This document shows positions 1 to 13,217 of a DNA stretch of 64,000 bases, piece after piece. The position numbers and the translations under genes were made by a program. This DNA comes from Malacoraja senta (lineage: Eukaryota), in NCBI GenBank assembly GCA_038087875.1, contig CM075977.1, positions 308,264,001 through 308,328,000 on the forward strand, in the 5' to 3' direction. Each line of letters opens with the position of its first letter. Within the stretch, counting starts at the first letter, position 1. The notes under the pieces were generated by a model. It saw only the letters and a list, made by a program, of their open reading frames with translations. It made no database searches and was not told where the DNA came from.

Positions 1-564
1 GACGTTGTGACATTATGTTCAGTTTATCTAACTTGATCTTACACATTGACTTCCAGTGTCATCTGTTTTCTGCAGGGTTTCCAGAGGTCTGCCAGAGAAC
101 CACAGCACCATTCCATATCCCCGTCCAAGGCCTCCAATGCAATCTATCAAACCGTCTGAGCTTGCACCTTCCTATATCACACCAGATTAGATTCACTTCC
201 TGCACATCTGTCAGCGCCGGCACCAGCCACAAGACACCTTCCCATTCAGCAGATACTAGCCACTCCCCATATTAGCCAGCTGCTGATATATTCAGTGCTC
301 AATATTGCCAAAAAAAGTGAAATAGATGAAATTAACTGGCTTCACAAAACCTGGATAGGATTTTACAATCAGTTGTTGAAATACAGGAAAGTTTGAAATA
401 AACAATGCCATAGGTTGAGAGGTGTGTCCGTTCAGTTTAGTTTAGTTTATTGTCACGTGTACTGAGGTAGTTAAAATCTTGTGTTGCGTGCTAACCAGTC
501 AGCAGAAAGACAATACCTGATTACAATAGAGCCATTACAATGTATAGATAAGGGAATCATGTTT

Positions 565-878
565 GGTTTGGTTTAGCTTAATTTAGTTTGGAGATACAGC
601 GCGGAAACAGGCCCTTCGACCTTCCGAGTCTGCACCGACCAGCGATCCACACACATCAACACTATCCAACACACGCTAGGGACAACGTTACATTTATATC
701 AACCCAACCTACAAACCTGTACATCTTTGGAGTGTGGGAGGAAACCGATGTTGGAGAAAACCCACGTAGGGCATGTGGAGAACATACCAGGTCCGCACAG
801 ACAAGCACCCGTAGTCAGGATCGAACCCGGGTCTCTGGCGCTGTAAGGCAGTAGCTCTACCGCTCTGACACCGTGGTA
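565..878 (-). mobile_element. tRNA-derived V-SINE (HE1-like)
   Basis: Minus strand has a tRNA-like head with B-box GGTTCGATCC, a V-domain-like gtgggttttctcc..ggtttcctcccac segment and a (CTAAA)n-type tail. Confidence 0.75.
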
Positions 879-1135
879 CCCGTGTTTAGTACAAGGAAAT
901 GCCAGCAAAGTCTGAGGGTCACCAATGAGGTAGATAGTAGTTCAGGACTGCTCTCTAGTTGTGGTGGGACGTGGACAGAGAAATGACCAATGTTATGTGG
1001 TATATCAGCTTAGTCCTTCTACTAAGTTCATACAACAGCTGAATTATACGGTTCCTTAAATAAAGTTGATATTCCTGTATTTGTTCCGTGGTCATAAAGA
1101 AACATTGTATAGTTTACACTGCCAATGGTGATCTA

Positions 1136-2335
1136 CGATACGATATGATAAAACGTTATTCATCCCCGGAGGGAAATTGGTCTCCCAACAGTCACAGCAC
1201 ACAAGATACACGAAAACTTGAAATTAAAAAGTGAAAACAGAAAGAGAAAGACAAGCGACTGTTGTCTGGCTGCCATGTGCACAGCGCCTTCACCGGAACA
1301 AATGAACAAACAAACACAGACTTATCCCCTGGACAGAGGATTCTAAACCAGAGTGTGTCCCCCCCCCCCCACACCCCCATTGTCTTCCCCTTCCCTCTTA
1401 CACTCATCGACCGTTGATCGCGGGTAGATCACGAGGCCCTACCGCCACCGCCGAGGCCCCACCACTGCTGGGAGTCCTGTTACCATCAAGTCTCACACGG
1501 CCGTCGAGGCACGCGCTGCCGCCCCCGAGGCTCCCAACGTCACCTTTACAGAGGGGACTTGGGGTGGAGAATGTTGCACATGGCTGTAGCATGTGATAGA
1601 TACTTGAGCTGGTTCACTGACTCGCCAGCCGCCTGTCACTTCTGCGGCAAGGAAGAGACCATGCTCCATGTGTACATGCAGTGTGAGAGGTTGCAGCCCC
1701 TGTTCGACTATCTGAAGGGGCTTTTCCTCAAGTTTTGGCTACATTTTAGCCCACACTCCTGATATTTGGGCACCCGGTACAGAGGGGGGAAGGTCGGGAG
1801 TGAGGGGGATCTCCCTGTCCGTCTGCTCCTGGGCCTGGCCAAGAGGGCCATTCGCGGGTCCAGGCAGCGGGTAGTCGACGGCCGCACTGGGGTTGACAGC
1901 CCGCCCCTTTTCGGGCCTACATCCTTGCCTGCGTGTCCTTGGAGGGGCAACATGCGGTGTCCACGGGGACTTTGGAGGCCTTCCGTGAATGCTGGTTGCC
2001 GCGGGAGGTCGCGTGTTTTGTTGATAAAGTTGGCGTTATATTAATTTGATGATTGTTTGTTTGTAAACTGTCAACGTAGGCAGTCTTTGATTGTGTTAAT
2101 ACTCTGTATGTTTATTTTTATTTTTTGAATAAAAGTAATTTAAAAAAAAAAGCGTTACCTCCACTGAGGCTCCTTTGGCCCAGGCAGGCCTTGCCGCCCG
2201 GCTTCTCCGCAGTCCCCTAGGAAGCCTGTGGGGCAAGTCGGGGTTATCGGGGCAGTTGTTCGGCGGATGACGCCTGGGACACACCCGCCAGCTCGCGGCA
2301 CCCCGGGACACACAATGTGTCAAATAAGTCATAGC
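1136..2335 (-). mobile_element. Non-autonomous retroposon with Rex1-like 3' tail, split by a Tx1 insertion
   Basis: Minus-strand 3' end ggggatgaataacgtttt followed by (atcgt)n-like repeats. The GC-rich body continues on both sides of 1546-2151. Confidence 0.45.
1546..2151 (+). mobile_element. Tx1/L1-clade LINE 3' end (5'-truncated)
   Basis: DLGWRMLH..CHFCGKEETMLHVYMQC (CCHC zinc knuckle), LLLGLAKRAI, AATAAA and poly(A). Imperfect TSD cgtcacct (1538-1545) / cgttacct (2153-2160). Confidence 0.8.
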
Positions 2336-3006
2336 TTCACATACCTTCTACGGTAGCATGGTTCTTCATCAAGGGATCACCAGTTTTTCACTTTGCCTTT
2401 CTCTCTTTTTAATGTTATTTCTGTTTCTGTTTTCCAAAACTCACAACATTTTTTCCAATCTTTATTTAATAATCAGCTCATTCATGCACTTGAGAACTCT
2501 TGTTCGTCCTGGCTCTCTCTACCTCCAGTTGTGTGCTTCAAACACGTGAAATTTCACAAGGAAATGGGCTGGTAAGGTGCAATTGAATAGAAATTCCATT
2601 GTTTTTTAAAGAACCACATTTCTGGAGTACAATAGATGGCTTCTGTTATATTTTGTTAGATGTTCTGTTATTTACTATAAGTATCTGCACAGAAATATAT
2701 TCCACAATGTATGCGAGGATACAAACAGCTTTGATGAGTTATTTTTTAATTGTAAAAATGTATCAAGTTATGTAGTAAAAATCAATTGTTTGAAACATAC
2801 AGCATGGAGGCAGGCTCTTCAGTCCAGCGAGCCCTGCCAACCATCGATCACAGTTCACACTAGTACTATGTTATTCCACTGCATCCATTCCTTTAACACT
2901 AGAGATCAATTAACCTACAGATACGCTCATCTTTGGGACGTGAGAAGAAACCAAAACATCCAGAGGAACCCCACATGGAGAATGTACAAACTCCAGGCTG
3001 ACAGCC

Positions 3007-3332
3007 ATGTTCCCGATGTTGGGGGAATCCAGAACCAGGAGCCACAGTTTAAGAATAAGGAGTAAGCCATTTAGAACGGAGACGAGGAAACACTTTTTCT
3101 CACAGAGAGTGGTGAGTCTGTGGAATTCTCTGCTTCAGAGGGCAGTGGAGGCAGGTTCTCTGGATGCTTTCAAGAGAGAGCTAGATAGGGCTCTTAAAAA
3201 TAGCAGAGTCAGGGGATATGGGGAGAAGGCAGGAACGGGGTACTGATTGGGGATGATCAGCCATGATCACATTGAATGGCGGTGCTGGCTTCAAGGGCCA
3301 AATGGCCTGCTCCTGCACCTATTGTCTATTGA
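3007..3332 (+). mobile_element. CR1 LINE 3' end inserted in a degenerate V-SINE (~2780-3395)
   Basis: MFPMLGESRTRSHSL..FFSQRVVSLWNSL C-terminus, conserved 3' hairpin region and (ctattgt) tail. Confidence 0.85.
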
Positions 3333-3433
3333 GATCAGGATCTAACCTGAGTCTCTGGTGCTGTGCGGCACTATACCAGCTGCACCCCTGTACCATCTTA
3401 ATTGTTTCATAAAATTAAAATAAGTGCATGATA

Positions 3434-4739
3434 TCTATACTATTACTAAAACTCTCATCTTGTCCTCTTCCGGTTTGCGTTGTTTTTAAATTTGTGCAAA
3501 AACGATCCCCCATAGCGCTACGATTTTTCGCCACCTTACTCGCCATTCTCCCGTGCTGCAAGTGCATCCAGTTTTATTAAGATTGGTGAAATATGAAGAA
3601 AGTTATTGATCTGTTATTCGCCGGGACAGCGGTGCCCCTTCCAGCACCCGCAGTCAACCACCGGCGGGGAGAATAAAGCTGAAGGAGCGGCGTGCGGGCA
3701 AGGGCTGCTGTGTTCACGGGCAGGGTTGGTGACCACCATGACGAGCCAGCTGCCAATGAGTGCAGCCAGGGCTAGGAGCCACTGAGTGCGAGAGGCGCCG
3801 GGTCCTGGAGCCGGTGAGCGAGTCTGGAGCTGGGTCCTGGTGCCGGTGAGTGCGATCGGAGCTGGAGCCGCTGAGCCCACACACCTACCTCCCAACACCC
3901 CCCTCCCCCCCACCACCCCCCACCCCCTCCCCCATACACCCCCTCCCCTACCGCCACAAACACCCCTCCCCCACACCCCCCCATCCACTACACACACACA
4001 CCCTCCCCCACCCACCACCCCCCTCCCACACACCCCCTCCCCACCCCCTCCTCCCCCACATCACCTCCTCTCCCACAAACACCCCCTCCCCCACACGCCC
4101 CCCTCCCCCTCACACCCCGCCCTCCCCCACACACACACCCTCCCTCACACCCCCCCTCCCCCACACACCCCTCCCCCACACACTCCCTGCCTCCACACAC
4201 CCCTCCCCCACACCGCCCCTTCCCCACACTGCCCTCCACCACAGACCCACCCTTCCCCCACACACCTCCCTCACCAACACTCCCTCTCCCCCACACACCA
4301 CCCACTCTTCCAAACACCCCCTCCCCCCATGCCCCCTCCCCCACACGCCCCCTCCCCACACCCCTCCTCCCCCACATTCCCCTCCCCCACACGCCCCCTC
4401 CCCAAACCCCTCTCCACACTCCCCTCCCGCACACCCCCTTCCCTCCCACTCCCCTCCCCCCCACTCCCCTCCCCCACACACATCCTCCCCCACCCCACCC
4501 TCCCCCTCCACACTCCACCCCCACTCCCCCTCCACACTTCCCCAACCCCCCCCACACACCCCTCCCCTGGCTGCAGGATGCCCCCCGTGTGAAGCCGTCC
4601 CCGTCCCCCGGCTACAGAACGCTCCCGCCGTTGTGTTGGGGGAGCAGGTGAGTGGTGGAATATTGCATTGGGGAATGGGTTGCGTTGGGGGATCAGGCCA
4701 CCCTTGTAACTGGGACCCAATGGGTCCCACTTAGTCTAG
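3434..4739 (+). mobile_element. Non-autonomous Helitron (complete ends)
   Basis: 5' A|TCTATACTATTACTAAAACTCTCATCTTG. 3' perfect palindrome TGGGACCCA-A-TGGGTCCCA (4711-4729), then CTAG|T (4736-4739). Inserted between A and T with no TSD. Internal C-rich tract ~3880-4570. Confidence 0.85.
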
Positions 4740-4787
4740 TTACATTTTAAAATTCAGTTGGAAGTCCCCAACAGTTGACTGCTCAAT

Positions 4788-5310
4788 GTTTAGAGATACA
4801 GCACCCTTTGGCCCACCAAATCCATGGTGATCAGTGATCCCCATATGCTAGCACTATCCTACACACAAGGGACAATTTACAATCTTTACGGATGCCAATG
4901 AGCCTGCAAACCTGTACATCTTTGGTGTGTGGGAGGAAACCGGCGCACAAGTGTTCGCAGTTTGCACATTCGCTCCGTGACCTGCCTGGATTTTCTGCGA
5001 AATCTTCAGTTTCTTCCCACACTCCAAAGATGTACAGGTTTGTAGGTTAATTGGCTTGATATAAATATAAATTATCCCTAGTGTGTGTCGGATAGTGTAA
5101 ATGTGCGGGGATTGCTGGTTGGTGTGGACACGGTGGACCGAAGGGCCTGTTTCTGTGCTGTATTTCTAAGCGGAACGAAACTAAACAAAATCCCAGGCGA
5201 TCACGGGGAGAACATAAAAACTCCGTAAAGCCAGCACCCGTAGTCGGGATTTAACCAGCGCCTCTGTCGCTGTAAGGCTGCAACTCTACTGCTGCGCCAC
5301 TGTGCCCCCA
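4788..5310. mobile_element. Two V-SINE (HE1-like) copies, one nested in the other in opposite orientation
   Basis: Minus copy split at ~4945/5188 by a plus-strand 5'-truncated copy ending in aactaaac. Confidence 0.7.
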
Positions 5311-5418
5311 ATGAGTTGATGACAATTTGGGAATGGGGATGGGGGGGAGTGCTATTTACAGACTATGCATTAGATATACCCCTGGGCATGGCTATGATAT
5401 AACAAACTGTCACCCTTA

Positions 5419-6022
5419 AAGGCCTGTCTCACGAGTCTGCGGTCTATGGCGGCGAAACGGGAGGAATCTGCCGCCATAGACCGCGCACTCGTGAGAAAGT
5501 ACAATTCCCGGGCCGTGCGGCGGTGTTCCCAACACCGCGCGGTGCTAAAATAAAAACGACAATGTCCAAAACAAAATACTCACCGCACAACCTCCACCAG
5601 TGATGCACAAGTGCGGCACGGCCGCTCGCACGGGCCGCCGCCAGTATGGCTCGAGCGCCGTGCGTCAAACCTCCACTGGCACAGCCTCCGCTAGTGACGC
5701 ACGTGCCGCCGCCAGTGAGGCACGTGTGCTGCACGGCCGCAGGCACAGCCACCGCTACAGCGCCGCGATCAGGATGGCCGCCGCCACAGCCGCCGCTGGT
5801 GAGTCACGTGCGGCGGGCCGACGTCATCGCAGTCGGCCCGCCCTTTTTTTATTTACCGCAAGCACGTGGGACCCGCCGTGTTTGAATTAACTCGGCCCCC
5901 GCGCAGCATCCGTGCGGCGCTCCGGTGGATAGGCTCAACGCTCTCGCCGTTGCCGCGCGGTCCTCGCTACCGGCGACGCCGCGCTTCACCGCCGATGACC
6001 GCAAACAGGTAAGACAGAGCCT
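5419..6022 (+). mobile_element. PIF/Harbinger MITE, copy 1
   Basis: Imperfect TIRs AAGGCCTGTCTCACGAGTCTGCGGTC / AGGCTCTGTCTTACCTGTTTGCGGTC. 3-bp TSD TTA at 5416-5418 and 6023-6025. CpG-rich interior. Confidence 0.85.
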
Positions 6023-6385
6023 TTAATAAAGGTTTATAGCAGCTATGCATGTAATCACAACAAGTAAATATAGCCATTCACACCGAGGACAATATTTTAA
6101 CAAAGTATCATTTGCTCATTCTCCATATGGTTGGATATTTACTGGCAATTCTTGTTTGGATCTGCACTGAGACTTTAGAATATAGTGAGCGAATGAAGCT
6201 TTGGTTTCAATCAATTTCCTGTGTCAAGCACAAACCTTTGTCCCCAGGCTCATTTTGAGAAACATGTTTCTTCCCATACTTCTTTAGGATCCTGACCAGA
6301 ACATTGAACATTTTTTATGAAGTGTTTTATGATACTGTATGATGCAGAGGAATTGGACAAAAAGTCATGTGGAGATTATTGCACT

Positions 6386-6639
6386 TTTATTAGATTTTTC
6401 ATCAATTTGCACACCATCCTCGACAGTAATTTAAGCTAATAACTACATAAGACAGAAAAAAAGCAAACACATTTTCTTCTAAACAGCACTTTTACGTTTC
6501 CACAATTACAAGTGTAAGAATTAATGATTAACATTTCTTTTTGTAACATTGGCTTGCAGAACCAATTGCGAAATACTTCCTTTTCACGTGGCATTTATTG
6601 TCATGTCCACTCCGGGATTTTGTTGTGTGGCTCCATTTG
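6386..6639 (-). promoter_or_regulatory. TUSC3 3'UTR with candidate AATAAA signals (6594-6599, 6386-6391)
   Basis: AT-rich unique sequence after the stop codon. TTTATT on the plus strand at both positions. The true 3' end is unknown. Confidence 0.45.
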
Positions 6640-6655
6640 TTACTTTATTAAAAAG
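6640..6655 (-). CDS. TUSC3: TUSC3 terminal coding exon segment, (S)FLIK* C-terminus
   Basis: Minus strand reads ctttcttcttttccag|C TTT TTA ATA AAG TAA. It has a polypyrimidine acceptor, and its phase completes the AG left by the 13704 exon to give S-F-L-I-K-stop, the known TUSC3 isoform C-terminus. Confidence 0.9.
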
Positions 6656-6803
6656 CTGGAAAAGAAGAAAGTTCTTATATTTTAAAGGACCCTGGCCCAT
6701 CTGTTCAGCAACAACATATAAACACTAAGAGTGCTAATAGTTAGGACTTAAAATTTATAAAAGATTAAATTATCAATCTAAAATCTATCCAAATTATCAA
6801 TCT

Positions 6804-8588
6804 CAAGGAGGTGGCCCTGGAAATTGTGGATGCATTGGTGATCATTTTTCAATGTTCTATAGACTCTGGATCAGTTCCTGTGCATTAGAGGGTAGCTAAT
6901 ATAACAACACTTTTTAAGAAAGGAGGGAGAGAGGGAATTATAGACCAGTTAGCCTTACATCAGTAGTGGTGAAGATGCTGGAGTCAATTATTAAAGATGT
7001 AATAGCAGCGCATTTGGAAAGCAGCAACAGGTTCGGTCAAAGTCAGCATGGATTTATGAAGGTGAAATCGTGCTTGACTAATCTTCTGGAATATTTTGAG
7101 GATGTAACAAGTAGAATGGATAAGGGAGAGCCAGTGGATGTGGTGTATCAGGATTTTCAAAAAGCCTTTGACAAGGCCCCACACAAGAGATTAGAGTGCA
7201 AAATTAGAGCACATGGTATTGGGGGTAGGGTGTTGACATGGATAAAGAACTGGTTGGCAGACAGGAAGCAAAGAGTAGGAATTAATGGGTCCTTTTCAGA
7301 ATGTCAGGCAGTGACTCGTGGGGTGCCGCAAGCTCAGTGCAGGGATCCAGTTATTTACAATATATATTAACGATTTAGACGAGGGAATTAAATGTGACAT
7401 CTCCAAGTTTGCGGATGACACAAAGCTGGGTGGCAGTGTGAGCTGCGAGGAGGATGCTATGAGGCTGCAGGGTGACTTGGATAGGTTAGGTGAGTGGGCA
7501 GATACATGGCAGATGTAGTATAATGTGGATAAATGTGAGGTTATCCACTTTAGTGGCAAGAACAAGAAGGCAGATTATTATCTGAATGGTGTCAGATTAG
7601 GAAAAGGGGAGTCACTGAAAGTAAGCAGATACAGCAGGCAGCGAAGAAAGCAAATGGCATGTTGGTCTTCATAGCGAGAGGATTTGAGTATAGGAGCAAG
7701 GAGGTACCACTGCAGTTGTAAAGGGCCCTGGTGAAACATGGAAATATAGAAAACAGGTGCAGGAGTAGGCCATTCCGTTCTTCGAGCCAGCACCACCATT
7801 CAAATGTGCATGGCTGATCATCCAAAATCAATACCCCGTTCCGGCTTTTTCCCCATATCCCTTGATTCCCTAAGAGCAAAATCTAACTCTCTCTTGAGAT
7901 GACACCTGGAGTATTGTGTATAGTTTTGGTCTCCAAATTTGAGGAAGGACATTCTTGCTATTGAGGGAGTGCAACGTAGGTCACCACGTTAATTTTCGGG
8001 ATGGCGGGATTGACATATGATGAAAGAATGGGTCGACTGGGCTAGTATTCACTGGAATTTAGAAGGATGAGAGGGGATCATAGAAACATATAACATTCTT
8101 AAGGGATTGGACAGGCTAGATGCAGGAAAAATGTTCCCGATGTTGGGGGAGTCTAGAACCAGGGGTCACAGTTTAAGCATAAGGGGTAGGCCATTTAGGA
8201 CTGAGATGAGGAAAACCTTTTCACCCAGAGAGTTGTGAATCTGTGGAATTCTCTGCCAGTGGAGGCCAATTCACCGGATGTTTTCAAGATGCTTTCCAGA
8301 GAGAGTTAGCCACCCCGAAAATTAACCTGCCGAACCTATGCTGCGCTTCCTCAATAGCAAGAATGTCGTTCCTCAAATTAGGAGACCAAAATTACACATA
8401 ACACTCCAGGTGTGGTCTCGAGAGAGTTAGATTTAGCTCTTAGAGCTGAGGGAATCAAGGTATATGGGGTAAAAGCCGGAACGGGTTACTGATTTTAGAT
8501 GATCAGCCATGATCATATTGAATGGCGGTGCTGGCTCGAAGGGCTGAATGGCCTACTCTTGCATCTATTTTATATGTTTCTATGTTCT
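6804..8588 (+). mobile_element. CR1 LINE RT-to-3' fragment with internal inverted duplication
   Basis: QHGFMK..SCLTNL, DFQKAFDK and FADDTKL motifs, several frameshifts, (ctatgtt) tail. Confidence 0.9.
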
Positions 8589-11500
8589 AATATAAAATCT
8601 ACCTTATGGCTTAAAAAAACTGCAAAGTCAATCCTACTCAAGGCTTTTTGATATAACACAATAGTTGCATTTCTAAGACATCCCATGTTATGAAGAATCA
8701 TGTTATAAAAACATTTGTGTCCATGGGATAAAATGGTACAATTGTGTCAATAGGATAAAATAACTTATTAATGCAAATCTGCATCTCTCTGGCCAGGGAG
8801 ATCCTCATTTGCAAAAATAGTTATTTTTCCTGCAGAATTTTAAAAAACGATGCTGTTTTTAATAGCTATAAGTTTATTTCTTTAACTGCAAGCTAAAAGT
8901 AGTAAAGGCTGTTTAATAGAGTGTTATTGCACGTGCCAATGGAAGCAATTGCTTGTCAATTTCAGTCACCATCCGTGGTGAAACAGACAGATTAGGTTCT
9001 TAGGAGACCGATTACTTCAGGGAAGTTACGTCAAAACAAGTTGTATCTTTCTTGGACTGTTCTTTTCCCAAAGATAGCCATTTTTCAACATGTCAATTTT
9101 CAAAGTAACTTTTTAGTGGTTCTCTAGTTCCTGGTGGTCGTCATATTATAAACAATTCAGCCCGTGTAATAAAAACAGTGTTCCCTAATTCATCAATCTC
9201 ATTATAATCAAGAATCCATTACTTAAATAGGCAATAGTAGAAATTATAGGATTTTAGACAGTATAATTATATTCCCCAGAGGCTTCAGTCCAAAATCGTA
9301 AGCTGGAACTCTAGTACATTACTAAGGGAATACTGCTTTACCTGCAGGTTCCTCTTTAATTCAAACTTTAAATTGAGGTTCCACTGGCCCGACAGCATAA
9401 GCAATTGCATGCCACTTTAATGATGAAGTGAAGTGTGCCAAATTCTTTGTGCTGGCCATTATTTCTTTGCTGGCATCACTAAAATAAGATTATCAATTAC
9501 CCAGTCTTTATCTCGTTCATCTTTAGGAGTTTACAGTGTGCACATTGCTCTTTTATTTGACAAGGTTGAGAAAACATTGAAGGTATCACTTTTGATGTAG
9601 CGTGATGTTGCTGCGTAAGACACAATGTTCTCTTGCCTAATCTGATTGATAATTTGCTTTAAAAAACGATTCATCTGGATGTTACAGTGGGTCGCCATAC
9701 TGGCTCCCTTTACTTTATCTCTCTGCTCCTCCTTCACAAAGTCAATTGTCATCACGTGCAGTTCACAGTGGTGTTGTTCTTCCCTTGCTTAAACTGGCAC
9801 TCATTCCCAGGCCTGGACCATTCCCCAATTAAATCCCTCTCCATCTTTGAAATATTTCAGACGCATTCTTACTTCTCTATGGCTCATGTAGGCGTCATGC
9901 TGGTTCATTCTTTCCATCTCACCGACATCCACAACAAGATATTTCCCTAACCAGCTCTCCAAAAAAGAAAATCCCATCTCAAAATTTGTCAAGGGGGAGA
10001 TGGGGGCTCCTAAAATTGGTCTGACAATTTCCATCTATGGTATGTTTTTAGAGCTTCATCTCTATAGGGCCTTCAAGTAGGGGCGAGGAGCTAAATCTCT
10101 ATCATGGTCCACATTCTTCTCACTGAACAGATTTTAATGTGCAAGTTACATTATAGGGAGACTATGCCTAGCCTTTTGCCTCTCCAAGAAAGAGCATCAA
10201 ATATCATCTAAGTGATAAATCAGTGCATTTCATGGTCGATCAGAGATAAAAATGTATTCTAAAGAATTGAAAAATGCATGTTGTTTTTAACAAAATTAAA
10301 ATCCCCTTTCTTGTAAATGTAGGCCTGTTAATGTGCATCTGTGTAAAAAGGTGATTGAAACATAAAGATGTCTCCTTTCCTTCTCTTGATTCTTCTTTAT
10401 TTCATTTAAACAACTGTTTGCAGTTAGTGTCTGTGGAATAATACCAGTTTACATCTTAATAATTTCCAGTACATTTAAGCTGTTGATGTGCAGAACAAAT
10501 TGTTGGAAGGAAATCGACACAAATTCAAGGTTTTAAATCTGCAATGTAAATAGCATTCTTTGAGTTATGAAAATTGTAACATATGATTAATATCATTAAA
10601 TTAAACGAATGCAATGGAGAAGCAACCCATGGCGTTATTGTTCATTGCCATTTCGAAATGCTTCTATTTAAATAAGCACTTGCTTTGACATACAGCCGGT
10701 GAATGCCTAGTTAGCAGCTGTTTGTAGCTGTGTTACTCATGCAAATTATTTGGTTGCTCTTGCTAGCTCTCACAGCACTGAAAAATTGCCTTTTGCATAT
10801 CCCATTTGCTTTTCACAAACAACATAATATAAAAGTAAGAAGCTGCATATATATCTGGTGCTATTGCCAAAGAATCTGGCTATTTTTCACAAATTCAACT
10901 TATTTCTACGTATTTGGATGGAGACAAGGTAGACCAGCTGCTTCGAGCACAGCACCTGCTCACAGGAGAGGGCAGCAAGCAGTGTGAGGCACAATCATGC
11001 CATAAAGCATAAAGATGCCTTATCTTTAGCTCACTTGTCATTATGATACTTGTATAGTGCAGGATCTATTCTATGTCCTCCACACTGCAGAGGCTAAAGT
11101 GGATAGCCCCAAAAATAGAAACAGAAACCATGGCCCTAACACTTTCCTCTTGACTTAGCAACACATTAACTTTGGGCTGCCAGTTCATTTGTACAATACG
11201 AGCTTGCAGCCAGTATAAAACTCTTTATTCTTTGGCTAATGTCTCAACAGGAGGCTCGGTTTCCTGAATGGCAATACGAATTAAAGAAACTACACTATTT
11301 AAAGGCAGCCTGTACTTCATAAAAGGGGTGGGGTGAAGGATTTAATTGTGGTTGCAGCAGCTGGGGGTGGCCTGGGCTCCAATTTCATTGTGACCTGGGC
11401 GATGTTTCCAATTTTTTTTAATGTGGATATTGCAAACAAGGCAAACATTCATCACCCGTCCCTAGTGGTATTTGAGAAGATGGTGGTGATAAAATTGAGG

Positions 11501-13004
11501 GAACGTAACAAGGTGCATATATAAAATGAAACCAGAGCCCTCCATTTGCACAAAGCAATAGGGAATAAGGCATTGCATAGTTCTGTACATGAACGTACAA
11601 AGAGATAAATGGGCGGTTCCATAGATAGCGCAAGCGTGTTCTATAAGGATGTTTCAGTATCATGTCATAATTGATAGGAGCAGGATTAGGATATTCGGCC
11701 CATAAAGTCCACTCTTCCATTCAATCATGGTTGATCTAGCTCTCCCTCCTAAACCCATTCTCCTCCCTTTTCCCCATAATCCCTGACACCCATACTAATC
11801 AATAATCTATCTATCTCTGCCTTAACAAAATACATTGACGGCCTCCACAGCCTTCTGCGGCAAAGAATTCCACAGATTCACCATCCTCTGACTAGAGAGG
11901 GTGGTGAATCCATTGGGATGAGAGGCCTGATAGAGCCATGTATTGAGGCATGGTCATGAGATGTGCAAAAGTGGGGCTTCACCAGAGGTGATCATACAGG
12001 ATGAATTATATCTGAAGTAATGGATCATGCACTCATCTTCTCTTCATTGGGTCAATGCCAATGATTGAAAGTCTGGGCTGGGTGAAGGTGTTGAACTTTA
12101 CCTCCAAATGTATATAAGAATGCCGATGTTTTGTGCAATTGAAGAGTGTGCTTGGTCTGCACCTACCAAGGCAGACAGGCTCCTCTCCCTCCTGCAGGTT
12201 GCAAGGTGTTTGCCTGCATGACCTGTGACTGGACAAGTACAAGTGATTCTTTGCTTCACAACAAAGAGGGACAGGTGCAGGTGGCTTACGTACCCTATGG
12301 AGGAAACAGAACTCCCCGTTAGGGAGAACAATGTGATTCTGTGGTGGCATCTGGGCTGCATAATGGGGGACCATGGTATCCTCATTATTAATCCATCTCC
12401 TCACATTTCACAATTTTTTATGATTTACACACTGCAGAGAGCGGCCATGCTTATTTAATTTCTTCCCTCTCTTTACCCACAACTCTCAGTCCTTGCACCT
12501 TTCTTCTTTCATATGGCCAATGACTCTTTTCATTCAAGAAGAAGACGACTCACAATTACTGTGATTTAACGCTTGCAGAAACTGATTCATCTATTGCAAT
12601 GCACACAATTTCAGTTAGCTTGGTGACAGTATCTGCATATGATGAGCAGAAGCAAGTACCCTGCAGTCTGTGCAAGTGGAAGAGATAGCACAGGTGCCAG
12701 GTCTCCAATGGATGAGGTTGCACCTGAGTTTTGTTCAGATGTCCATATTAAGTGGACAACCCACATAAGCAGAAAGATAGGTAAATGCAAAAAACTGCTT
12801 GCTTCAAAAAGCAGCTGATAAAAACCTTATTGCAAAATACATTAAAGATGATAAAAAAGAAACACATCATGTTCTGTATAAATTAAGTGGACTACTTGTT
12901 TTTTTACACTGGAAAATCAGGAAGCGGAAGTTGCAGACATAAACATGATATTTCATTTATACTGCGAGATGGAAAGCAAGCAATAATGGATTTAAAGGCA
13001 AATG

Positions 13005-13217
13005 GAGTCTGTGGAATTCTCTGCCTCAGAGGGCGGTGGAGGCAGGTTCTCTGGATGCTTTCAAGAGAGAGCTAGATAGGGCTCTTAAAATAGCTGAGTC
13101 AGGGGATATGGGGAGAAGGCAGGAACGGGGTACTGATTGGGGATGATCAGCCATGATCACATTGAATGGCCGAAGGGCCAAATGGCCTACTCCTGCACCT
13201 ATTGTCTATTGTCTATT
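13005..13217 (+). mobile_element. CR1 LINE 3' end
   Basis: LWNSLPQRAVEA coding end, 3'UTR and (ctattgt)n tail. Confidence 0.85.

Noticed and set aside
66-275. Acceptor-like ttttctgcag followed by a short ORF
   Set aside because: No recognisable protein in any frame; may be old repeat debris.
3614-4734. Long Pro/His- and Gly-rich ORFs (up to 294 aa)
   Set aside because: Stop-free low-complexity C/G tract inside a Helitron; open in nearly all frames.
5415-5418. Reading the MITE as a TTAA-TSD Kolobok or piggyBac element
   Set aside because: Copy 2 would have GTAA/TTAA. The 3-bp TWA reading fits both copies exactly.
5444-5890. Ala/Arg-rich ORFs in the MITEs (also 14068-14424)
   Set aside because: GC-rich non-coding interior with no transposase motifs.
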